A model generated the notes under the pieces. It made no database searches and had not been told where the DNA came from. It saw only the letters and a list, made by a program, of their open reading frames with translations. A DNA stretch of 64,000 nt from Ruditapes philippinarum. Taxonomy: Eukaryota. Positions within the stretch are counted from its first letter, which is position 1. Each line of letters begins with the position of its first letter. Both the position numbers and the translations under genes were made by a program. Positions 13,116-24,253 of the stretch are shown here, piece after piece. Location of the stretch: assembly GCF_026571515.1 (NCBI RefSeq), contig NW_026854201.1:1-64000 (forward strand), in the 5' to 3' direction.

Positions 13116-15394
13116 GTAGGGTAAAGGTAATAATAAGTATTGTAATATGATACGAGATGTATTCTTACTAGGAGCGGACATTGCTGATATCGTGTTCGGG
13201 CACGTTATCTTAAGGCCTACCGTCTGTTGAGGCCTTAACAGAGGGTAGGATTTTGAAGTACAACACCAATTAAAACTAAGATGTACAGGCAAATCTTAAT
13301 GTGTGAAGGCTACTATTTCTTGAATTCTAGATGTAAGGGATAGGACATGTTCTATTTTGAAAATATTGTCGTACAGATTTCTACAGACCTCCCACAATGA
13401 CAAGTAACATATTACCAAATTATCTCCTGATAATGGGTGTAATGAATGAATTCCAGAGTAATAAGGGCTAAAAGGTAAACATAGTAGTAAGATGGGGTAA
13501 AAATGATGTTGAAAAACTCTTCGTTGTGTTATGTTCGAATCCCAAATTATTCCGAAAATGATTATGTCACGGTATTGAACTGTTCTCTAATTAGGGGAGG
13601 GGAGGTAGTTTGTAGTCAGTAGATCCGCAGTACGGTATTCCGAGGGTTCCAGGTTTGAGTCTCGGTCAGGCTTCACATTAAAAAAATATATTTATTTTTT
13701 TTTAAATAGAGGTGTTTCAATCATTACTCATGGCGAAAAAAGTATTTAGTGAGTAAAGTATGTAAAAGATCAGTTGGGAGGGATCCTTTTTAGAGAAACC
13801 TCAGATGATTCCTACAGTGTAGAATTACCGTCTGAATGCAAGTGTTGTATTGCTTTGAAAAATTGTACATTTTATCTCTTATTAGTGCTGTACATAAATC
13901 CTACCGTCTGTTGAGACCTAATTATATATTCTGCACCTGTAATGTAATACACGAGATGGAAATGTAAATCCATATTCATGAAAGTTATAACAGCGAATGT
14001 TATATACATTGATGACTTACATCTGTTATATATTTGTTAATCTTTTCATGATTATTTATATACTTGTTTCTAGAACTATGCTTTACATGTATATGGACCT
14101 TTAAATGAAGTCCCAACGTATAATTAATTAATTTCAAAACATAATGTAGTTTTAAGATATTTGTAATTGAATTTCATTATAAACGCAAGAAAAGGCCCAC
14201 TGTTAACATTGTTGCCATCTTTAAAGTAAGATAATATGATATTCTACTGTTTAGCGTTTGATAATGGTCATTTCTTGTTAGAGTTTCTCAACAATATGTA
14301 TCATAGATTGGTGATTTATTTGGTACACTTTGCGCGTTGCGTTGTCGATAGCGACAACAGAACCTATATCGCCATCGCCTTTTCGTCTTGCCTTGTCGCT
14401 AGCGAAGCGCGCCAAACGGCGCATTGTCGCACCGTCATCTTCCGCCTTGTCCGCCAGCAAAGCACACCAAAGGGCGCGTTGTCGTGCGGCGCGATGTCGC
14501 TCTGTCGCTTGGCTTATAAGCTATTTCTTCGATTTGAGTCTAGCGACAATGTGACATTGCGACAACACGCTGCACGACCACGCGCCGTTTGACGTACGGC
14601 GACAAGACGAAAGTCCGATTACTTACCCACACTCAAATGCATGCCCATTGAAAGGATCATTTTATCTGGGGTTTACATATTGTGACGACAGAGAAAGGGA
14701 TAGCGATAGAAATATCATATTCAGATACTCGTTAATTGGTTACTTTCTCTTTGATTTCATATTGTGACAACAGAGAACGTGAAAAATGGCTACGTTCTGG
14801 GATCCCTTATGTCGTAAGTGCCGTTAAAATCTCCTCTCTGAAATGCCTATAACTAAGATATTTGGCATGTAGAATCACCTTGTGGTCATCTACAAAAGTA
14901 ATATTAATCATGCCCCGTAGGTCATTTTTGTATATAGGCTTGTATAGGGAAATCCATTCATTTTTTGCCCTGAAACTGCAATGCTTAGAGCTTAGATAAG
15001 TGGCATTAAGCATATTTCGAAGCAGACAACTTCAAGTATTTTGAAAAACGAGGCAGAAAATTGGGTAAAAGAGTGCAATCAAATGTGACCTCACTACTGA
15101 CTTGAATTTTGAAAAAGAATTTTACATTTTCTAGCAATTTCAGTCTCAGGTGAGCGAGCCAGGGCCATCATGGCCCTCTTCTTTTATTCTCCCATGTTCA
15201 GAATTTAGGTTTCTTTGACAAGAAACAGATTTAAAACATGGCTAAAATACCAATTTATTGTGATAACGCAAAGAAATATGGATAGATGACAGTTTGGAGT
15301 TTATACACGTCATTGTTTGCTATGACAACAACAAATATACTTAAAATTCGGCAAAGAAATAGCAATATAGTTGGACCCATTTATACCTTAAAAT

Positions 15395-16167
15395 ACAAGA
15401 AACGGTTGAACGGGTGATGCTCCCCGAGAAGGTTTTGGACACAGGAAAGTATAAAAATGAACAAAAAGGCAAAAACTCCAAAATTAGGCAAGGCGGAGTT
15501 ATGTTTTTTTTTTTTTTTTGCACTGCACTTCTATTCAATGAGATCTATCTATCTATAAAGTTCCTGATGATATCTCTTAAAGATTTCAGAGTTATGTCCC
15601 GGGTAAAATTCAAAGTGTAAATTGAACAAAGGGCAATAACTCCAAAATAATTCAAAATTTAGGCATGGAGGAGTTACGGTTCTTGTGCACTGCAACCTGC
15701 TCAAATGAAATCTATCTACATGTACCTACAAGTTCATATTGATACCTCTTATAGTTTTAGAGTTATGACCAGGACAAAGTTCAAAGATAAATAAAATAAA
15801 ACAAAGGGGGCTAATTCAAAATTAGGCAATGCAGAGTTACGGTTCTAGTGCACTGTACACTCCTCAGTGAGATCTATCTACCTACAAAATTTCATGTTGA
15901 TACCTCTTACAGTTTTAGAGTTATATCCCGGACAAAGTTCAAAGTTGTAAAATAAACAAAAGGGAATAATTTAAAAATTAGGCAAGGCAGAGTTACAGTT
16001 CTTCACTGCACACCTTCTCAATGAGGTCTATCTACCTACGAAGTTTCATGTTTATACCTCTTGTTGTTTCAAAGTTATGTCCCGGACAAGAAAAGTGGAC
16101 GGACGGACAGACGGACGGACAAGGCGGCGACTATATGCTCCCCCGAATTTTTCGGGGAGCATAAAAA
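15395..16167 (+). mobile_element. HINE-like element (copy 2, complete 3' hairpin)
   Basis: Same structure, ending TATGCTCCCCCGAATTTTTCGGGGAGCATAAAAA. Confidence 0.85.
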
Positions 16168-16192
16168 TATAACTTGAAACATGAACATAATT

Positions 16193-16427
16193 GAGCCGCG
16201 TCACGACAAAACCAACATAATGGGCTTGCGACCAGCTTGGATCCAGACCAGCCTGCGCATCCGCGCAGTCTGATAAGGATACATGCTGTTCGCTACCCAA
16301 CCCTTTTACAAGTAGAGAAACTGATAGCGAACAGCATGGATCCTGATCATACTGCGCGGATGCGCAGGCTGGTCTGGATCCATGCTGGTCGCAAACGGAC
16401 TATGTTGGTTTTGTCGTGATGTGGCTC
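16193..16427. mobile_element. ~235-bp palindromic MITE, GAG..CTC termini (Sola2-like by termini)
   Basis: GAGCCGCGTCACGACAAAACCAACATA.. / ..TATGTTGGTTTTGTCGTGATGTGGCTC with ~100-bp inverted arms; five copies in the window. Confidence 0.85.
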
Positions 16428-19399
16428 AAATGTCATAAACTTAAGGTTTGCCCTTGGTCTGTTCATCTGCTCACAAGAACTCTAATTTGTGATAACTCAA
16501 AAAGTACTGAAAATATTTTCTTAAATCTTTAAATATGAACAGATGGCAGTTTAGAGATTATGCAATACTTTATTTTTTTTTTCTGAAAATAAAATCTGGT
16601 TGCTATTGAAACAAATGACTTTAAATATTGCAAAAATACCAATATAATTAACTTCATAACCACTTTGAAATTACTTGCAATAATACACTCAACAACAAAA
16701 AAAGAAACCTGACAATATGTTATTTGATATCTGAACATATGATCGGGATAGTGTCAAACCAAAATGGGACATTATACAGCAATGTCTTACTGAAGAATTT
16801 ATGCAATGTGATTTTTCTAGGGCATGCGTCAAAATGTTAAAAGACGTCCAATGTAAGGTAGGGGTCAAAAGTGATTTTGTCATTTTAAAACTTTTGCCAT
16901 TAGGTTGCTTTTCAGTGGTGATAACTTAAAATTGCTTGCGAGTTTGTCTGATAATCGAAGTTCTAATGCACCCTAGTACCTGTTATGATCACCTCTGGCT
17001 CTAATGATTGCTTCAATACGTCTTCTCATCAAGTTTACGTATTCGTGAGTTATTTTCACATTTTGGCGTTACTGGGCATATACGGTGAAATTTATCTCCC
17101 TAGTCCGTGCGACAGGTCACAGATATCAACGTTTGTGTAAAAGTGCATATACATGTACGTATATATATAACAAATGTACATCAATTAGGATATTTGAGAT
17201 ATATATTAGAGTACATTCGTACTCTATCATATCATACCAGCTTGATGTCACGTTGTCATAAAACTCTCAAAAGTTCAAAAACTAAACCAGGACAGGACAA
17301 ACCCATTACATAAAATTAGAGTTTCAAAACGGAACAGATTCACAAAGCTACACACCATTAAAAAGTGTCAAAAACTCTAATTTTAAAAAAATAAATCTAT
17401 GAAGCTATGAAATCTTAGCGTATCGTGGATAGGTTTTGCTTGTTACCAGAACATTATTTTTGATTCGAGGATATTTAGTAGAACCAAAAAAAAATGATGG
17501 ACCTTAATTTAAATTTTAGGAGACGACAATTTTCCCATTACGTAATGAGTTTATGAAAAGAATATTGAATTGTTTCACGAGTCATATTGGGTTTTGATAG
17601 TAGAAAGCACTTAATTATCAAAGCATTCTTAATTTTTCCGTTTTTGGATTTAAAAAAATAGATGCAAGGCTATGAGGTATATAACGTTACCTGATTAACT
17701 AACAACAACAAATTTTATATAAATTAACATAAATCTGGAATCGTGTCGCTTTGTGGTACATTGACAAATCTGTTTCAAATATCCTCTTTCTTCATTTAAT
17801 GTAATTCAATGCGTTTTAAGGGTGAATCAAATCAAAACATTAAACTTGTATGATGTAAAAAGGGTAATCACTGATGTATTTACTGTAACAGTACATAGGA
17901 TGTTTCAGTTTTTTTTTTCTTCTATAAATACAGGATGTATTTTCATTATGAAATTTCATACCACAAGGCAAAAATAAATCATTTTTACAGAAAAAAAACT
18001 TGAATTTTCAGTTTATTATTTCCTTTTTTGACAAAGATTTCGCCTTAAATATTGTGTTTTGGCTAAAGTTAAAAAATACGGAAATTATGCTTCGATGCAG
18101 TCATTTGAATTATATTTTTTAACATTTTCCATTTTAAAGTTTTAGCATTATTTATTACTGCTTATTTATTGCTTATTACACAACCGCAAGTCCCGATCTG
18201 TATCCTATTTTAATGTTATTTTTTTAAGCACGATCGTATATTGAAATTCGAGATATTTCATATTCTTGTCGTCCGAAAGGGCTTACATAGCCTAAATAAA
18301 TTTAGTTAAACTTGAACATTCTTACGCTATTTGTTTAGTTCACTTATAATATCGCAACGTTATTTAATTTACCGAAGAGTCCAAAATGTTGTCGTCTGAT
18401 GTCCGACAGGTCAAATAAAAACATAAAAGCGGGAAGACTTAATATTGGGTACCTGGTAAACAAGTCTTGCATTGACCTATTTATTTTAAGTGCTTTATTT
18501 AAAAGCATTTGTTTGCGATCGTATTCTGTCTGCGTGTGTCGGAAAACTTTTGCCAATGGTTGATGAATGATAGTTTCGGCAAAATAACCAAATAAGACAA
18601 CTTAAGGGAATAAAATCACAGGTAGCCTGGACAAAAAAAATATGAACTAATCCTAATATTCCTAGTTAATATTCTTTTTTAATTTTTCAATATTTGTATA
18701 ATTTAATGTTTACATTTAATATGATTTTTATATCTTTTTTAATTGACACAAACCAGAGAGGAATTTGAAACACATATACATATTTGTACTTGATTTCAAT
18801 TTGACAAATATATAAACTAAATGACAGACAAATAAATACATGAGACGTTTAACATGTTCACAGCTATCCATTAACAATTACACAAGCTAAAAAAATATAA
18901 TTCAAGGGAAGCTGCTCCTCCTGTATTATATCCAGTTATATTTTGCCTCTCAATAACAGCTGTTCAAATGTATTATTTATTGAAAAATTAGTGCTTAACT
19001 GCTTATGACAGCTTGTATGTACATATATGTATTCGTTCTGGACGGTTATTTAAACTAACGATATAGTGATAAAAAATAGAACAACTTTTAAATGTACATG
19101 TATGTCCCATTTTCGATTTCACATAGTAATAACACAATTTTATACGTTTTTATCTATATGTAGATAAACATATGTGTATTATTGTAACATCCATTGAACA
19201 ATAGTTTAAAGTTACATATTCACGTAATTGTTGTTGTTTATAAATAACTTGTATTTCATTTGGAAATATATGAAATAAGCAGCCTATTTTCACTATTATA
19301 ATTATATATAAGCGTACATGTACACATTTTGGACATGTAAGTAAATATCAGTGTTTAAATATGTCTTTAATACTCGAATTCGATAAGTTGACAGAAAAA

Positions 19400-19886
19400 G
19401 ATAGATAGATGTGTAGTATAAAATGATATATCGGTTGCAGTTAAATGGATTTAATAACATTAAAAAGTCATTAAAGTTTATTACGTGACTTCACCAAGAT
19501 TGATCCTCGGACAAATGACCTTTACTGCGTTAGTTCAATTAAAATGTGAAGATTGCAGTTATCACAAAGTTAACATGGGTTTATCAGTTTATACCGGTGT
19601 TTATGTTGTGATAAAGTAATGTATACATGTACACGTTGATAAATTGTAAAATTCAACATTTATTCCGATTATCACGAAATTGCAACTACTCTAACGTGAC
19701 GTGGTTTATTACTCGGATATTAATTGTTATATTAATTTTTAACAACTTCTTAAATACAAAATGTGAAAGTGTTAAGGTATTTTGGATCGTAACAATAAGT
19801 TTTGATGTACATATAATATAGATCGACACTGCAAGAGAGTTTTTTTTTTCATTTGTGATACAATAATTCAAAATCGAATTTAAAAT
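19400..19886 (+). promoter_or_regulatory. Putative proximal promoter of ZIP copy 1, conserved in copy 2 (30458-30940)
   Basis: Better conserved between arms than the more distal flank; several GATA motifs (19560-19676), nuclear-receptor half-site TGACCTTT (~19516), TATA-like TATAATATA (~19812) about 35 bp before TCATT. Function is inferred. Confidence 0.35.
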
Positions 19887-21110
19887 ATGGTGGCTACTGC
19901 TAAACTAGCTTCAACTTTCATTTTGTTTGGTCTTTCTGTACTTAGTGGAGTTATTTCCTGCATTACGGTAAAATGCTTGGTGCTGAAACTTGGAACTTCA
20001 ACAAAATTCACTGGTGCAATCAGTCTTCTGAATTGCTTTTCCGGTGGCGTTTTCTTCGCTACTTCCGTTTTAAGTTTACTTCCGGAAGCGCGCGAAAGCA
20101 TGGAACATGCATTGGAAGGTCTTGAGTTTAGTTCAGAGTATCCTTTCACCGAACTGGCAATGTGTGTTGGATTTTTCATGATTCTAATGCTTGAGCATAT
20201 TGCTCACAAGTGTTGCTCTTCTAATACGACATCTCGCCCAATTCGTCCAGACAATGACCCCAGATCAAAAGAACGAAATTCCATGTCAGAATCAGCCCGT
20301 GCAGATGTGGCAGTAAGTTACAAGATAGTGAGTGGGAAAAGATATAAAGGGCTGTATATAAAAGACCCTATACAAGTAGCAAGTGATTTAGAAGATTCTT
20401 CGTACCATGACGACATGACGTATCAAACATATGGCGCGGTGGACGAATCGGTCGACAGCCCGACAAAAAGACCTTATTCAGAAGTTAGAAATGACTCTGC
20501 AAATTCTAAAATGAAAGAAGTTGTATTTCAAGACAGTGATAGAATTCTAATAAGAAATGCAAAAGTTGCAAAAGAAGTCCATATCAAATCGACAAATGAA
20601 GCTCTTACAGAAGTCAGAGATTCCGCAGACGATAATCGTGATCCTACAAGGTCAAGGTTACGAGGTCTTGTGCTATTAATAGCATTATCTTTACACATGA
20701 TTTTTGACGGTCTCGCACTTGGGCTTTTAAAAGATGATTCTAAAGTTTACGAGCTTCTAGCAGCCCTGTGTTTACACAAAGTTCTTGTATTCTTCACAAT
20801 CGGGGTTCAAACTTTAGAGCTCCTTGCCTCCGTCAAGAAAACCATTTGTGTCATTGTAGTTTTCGCTTTAATGAGTCCATGTGGTGTTATAATAGGTGAA
20901 AGTATTAATCTTTCTGGCGAATCAGAAGCGAAAGATTTATCGTCTGCCATATTGCAGGGCATTGCAACCGGTACTTTTCTGTTTGTCACGTTCTTCGAGA
21001 TTTTACAACGTGAGTTGGGATCCGGTGACCATGACATTTTTAAAGTGTTCACGACTATTTTCGGATTTGCGCTTATTGCTTGTACACGGTTGCTTGAACA
21101 CGAAGAATAA
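19887..21110 (+). CDS. ZIP (SLC39) zinc/metal transporter, subfamily II (ZIP1/2/3-like), intronless CDS, 407 aa
   Basis: 3+5 TM layout; LNCFSGGVFFAT..LLPE (TM2), EYPFTE (TM3), ALSLHMIFDGLALG (TM4), LCLHKV (TM5), MSPCG (TM6), QGIATGTFLFVTFFEIL (TM7). Confidence 0.95.
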   Translation: MVATAKLASTFILFGLSVLSGVISCITVKCLVLKLGTSTKFTGAISLLNCFSGGVFFATSVLSLLPEARESMEHALEGLEFSSEYPFTELAMCVGFFMILMLEHIAHKCCSSNTTSRPIRPDNDPRSKERNSMSESARADVAVSYKIVSGKRYKGLYIKDPIQVASDLEDSSYHDDMTYQTYGAVDESVDSPTKRPYSEVRNDSANSKMKEVVFQDSDRILIRNAKVAKEVHIKSTNEALTEVRDSADDNRDPTRSRLRGLVLLIALSLHMIFDGLALGLLKDDSKVYELLAALCLHKVLVFFTIGVQTLELLASVKKTICVIVVFALMSPCGVIIGESINLSGESEAKDLSSAILQGIATGTFLFVTFFEILQRELGSGDHDIFKVFTTIFGFALIACTRLLEHEE

Positions 21111-22337
21111 TACAAACTTACGTCTAGAAAGTTCAAATGAACCAGTTAGCTTATTTCGTTTAAGCCAATTTTCAGAGTAAAATTGATAATGTCTCATTAA
21201 TATATGTAAAATTTGAATGTTCATTCCTGTTATAGTTACTTTAAAATGTGAAAAAAGGAAGCGCGATATTAACATTTTTATGAAGTACAATTTACTAATC
21301 AGTTTTTCCTTAATTTGACGAAAACAAAACTTCCAATTACGATATTTCAACATAACATTTTGTAATATAGTAACTTGGGATGTTTTAGGATAAGAGTTGA
21401 CTATCCCGATTTCCTAACAAAGCTTTGAACTTTTGTTAGTTTAAACATAGTTTATTTCAAACAAGTATACACATTTACAATTTGCAAATAGAATTTTACA
21501 TCACATGAAACGAATGAAAAAGGATCAGAACCGAAAGCTGATGCTTATATAGGTCCTATATTAGTTTTATTTGCTATATATTGTCAGTGTGTATATGTAT
21601 GTACATGGATATGCTTGAAAGAACAATGAGTAATTGTTTAATAAAAATGAATCTTATGGTATAGTTCGTAGTTGCTTAGAAGAAGGTTTAAAAAATATGT
21701 TTTGTAAAATAATCAACTATATGAAAAAAGAGGAAAAGAAGAAGTAAGATAGCAGAGAAAAGAAGATATTTCCAGACGGTACTTTTGTTGAAATATATTG
21801 TTGTGTAACAGTGCTCAAAGAAACCTCCAAATGTAAGAATGACATTTCTCTTATGTGTGAAGATAGCATTTTGGAATGTTTCAAATTCTGGGGCCTTCAT
21901 TTTCAGTTACAGCTGGTTGAGGGTTACAGAACATACGTGACAATTTTTTGTATTTAGTGCTAGTGTTTATAGTGTTACATAAATACATTATTTTTATAAA
22001 ATATATTTTGTTAAAACAGTTACAATGTAACTACATGTATACTTAATTTTTTAATATATATGCATCATACATTTTGCAATTCCTCTTGTATAATGTGTAA
22101 AATACATGTAATAAAATTGAACAAATGCTTTATGTCGCGGTTAAACCACAAGATTATGTCGTATAAACTAACATTCATTTATGATTGTTTCTTTTCTTTA
22201 GCAAAAAAAAAATAGAATCTAAATAAATTCGCTTGTGTATTAAAATAATTTACTTTTCGAGTACTGTTTCTTGATTTGCCAGCACTTGTATGTACATGTA
22301 TGTAAAACCTTGGTTTGTAGCAATTTATGCTCAGTCA

Positions 22338-22581
22338 TACGAGAGACCGGTAGGGCCATTTCACATTTCAACTTCATGAATTCACGATTTCAATATTCAA
22401 CTTCATGAATTTAACTTCGTGAATTCACTATTTCAAATTTACGAATTCACGATTCCAACTTAGAGAATTCACGATTGTAACTTCATGAAGTACGAATCGT
22501 GGGTTCGTGAAGTTGCAATGCGATTCATGAAGATGAAATCTGGAATTCATGAAGTTTAAATGTCCCCACCGGTCTTTCATA
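22338..22581. mobile_element. 244-bp MITE with TAC..ATA termini, 6-bp TSD and internal ~22-bp repeats (IS3EU-like)
   Basis: TIRs TACGAGAGACCGGTAGGGCCATTT / AAATGTCCCCACCGGTCTTTCATA; flanks CAGTCA / CAATCC; the homologous site in the other arm (~28362-28370) is empty with a single CAATCC. Confidence 0.8.
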
Positions 22582-23045
22582 CAATCCTGCTGACTGGTTT
22601 AAATGTATTCTAATCACGAGCTTGATTGAAATGTTTATATAATGGGGGCATGGGACATATAAGTATATAGTATTTATTAATAATACATGTTAAAATTGTA
22701 TCATAGTTTGGGGACATTTCTGTTGAAAATGTGAGAGTTAAATCGTATGTAATTTGCATGCACAGTGCGTTAACTGGAATGCAGGTATTAGTTACCCGCA
22801 CTTTAGAGCATGCCCACTGATTGGCCATTGACTCAACCATTTTGAGAGTTGAAACCTTTGGTGTTATAAAGATAAAACACACACACAATTTTATGAGACG
22901 TGTTACATGCTGACTTGAATATGACGGGCCAAATCCCGGCAGAAACCCATATTGAATTCACCAGAGCACAGTTCAGCCACTGCATTGTTTCTGGGCAGGC
23001 TGTCAATTGCTTTACCAATACTAGCTGCCCTCAGTACTAGTACTT

Positions 23046-23272
23046 CGTGCGGCGCAATTTCGCCCTGTCGCTTGGCATTTAAGCCATTTCTTCGATTTGA
23101 GTAGAGCGATAATGTGACATCGCGACAACACGCTGCGAGACCACGCGCAATTTGGCGTGCATCGTTAGACAGGGCGACGAGATGAAAGTCCGACAACGCG
23201 CCGTTTGGCGCTTTGTTGTGCTGTCGCTAGCGACAACAGGAACCACAAAAGTGCTCCAAATCAGCCACCATA
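23046..23272 (+). mobile_element. 5'-truncated copy of the GC-rich TAY..RTA MITE
   Basis: Matches 54688-54903 and ends CCAAATCAGCCACCATA. Confidence 0.8.
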
Positions 23273-24253
23273 TATTTCTGTAGAAAATATGTCAGAGTTA
23301 AATCATATACATACATGTACATACAAAGTGCGTTAACTTGGGTGCAGGTATTACTTACCCACACTCCAGAGCGTGCCCATCAAAGGGCTAAATGTCTCTG
23401 CAGTTTACTTATTGTGACGACAGAGAAAGGGATAGCGATAGAAATATCATATTCAGATACTCGTTCATTGGTTACTTTTTTCTGGGATTTCATATTTTGA
23501 CAACAAGGAACGTGAAAATGGCTACGATCTGGTGTCCTAATTGTCTTAAAAATCTCTCTTAAAGTACAATGTCTATAGCTAAGATATTTGGCATGTAGAA
23601 TCACCTTGTGGTCCCCTTTAAAAGTAGAGAGTAGTATTTATCATGTCCCTTAGGTCACTTTGTATATAGGCTTGTATATGAAAATTCATTCATTTTTTTT
23701 TTCCAGAAAACTGCAATGCTTAGAGCTAAGATATTTGTCATTAAGCATTTTTCGAAGAAGATATCTACAAAATGTACAAATATTTTGAAATTAGATAGCT
23801 AAGATATTATTTTGTACCCATTTCTAACATGATATAAACGGTTCACGGAAAAATGTAAGAGATCTGAATGCAAGAAGTATTGTTACACAGAACTTAAATA
23901 TCTGAGCATTAAATAACTATCATGTAAATTTTATTTTAGAACTATCCTTTACATTTTATTGCATAATGGCAAGAACTATCCTTTACATTTAGGTTATCTT
24001 AGAATAGTAAAAATTATCCTACTTCTTTTAGAATGGCCAATGAGATTCCAAGATTTCAATCTGGAATTTTGAAATGACCAATTAAAACTCTTTTTATATT
24101 CAGTTCTTCCCTATAAATTTTATAGGACGTCAATACCGGCCGTCCGACCAGTTTAACATACGGACACTTTAGACTTTCCACCCCCCTCCCCCACCCAACC
24201 AAAAAAGAAATGCCGAGTGAAATTTAAAAATGTTGGAGCATCACACTAAATAC

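Larger units (their letters stand above)
10076..16148 (+). repeat. Near-identical ~3.03-kb direct tandem duplication (10076-13110 / 13111-16148)
   Basis: Identical ORFs offset by 3033 bp (11203 vs 14236); sequences match throughout, mostly differing by homopolymer indels; CGAAT microhomology at 10076, 13111 and 16144. Confidence 0.95.
17215..22660 (+). repeat. Left arm of the inverted segmental duplication carrying ZIP copy 1
   Basis: Reverse-complement similarity to 28289-34464 along its length (17215-17300 vs 34464-34380; 18330-18600 vs 32010-31740; 22585-22660 vs 28365-28289). Confidence 0.9.

Noticed and set aside
11203-14592. Duplicated 118-aa, 74-aa and 60-aa ORFs (also 22903 and 54486-54879)
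   Set aside because: They are translations of the GC-rich MITE within the tandem duplication, with no protein-family features.
16052-16419. MDPDQ.. ORFs (also 26170 and 48133)
   Set aside because: Spurious frames through the palindromic GAG..CTC MITE.
19880-21353. Antisense and alternative-frame ORFs overlapping the ZIP genes, conserved in both copies
   Set aside because: Their conservation follows from the near-identical ZIP CDSs; nothing independently supports coding.
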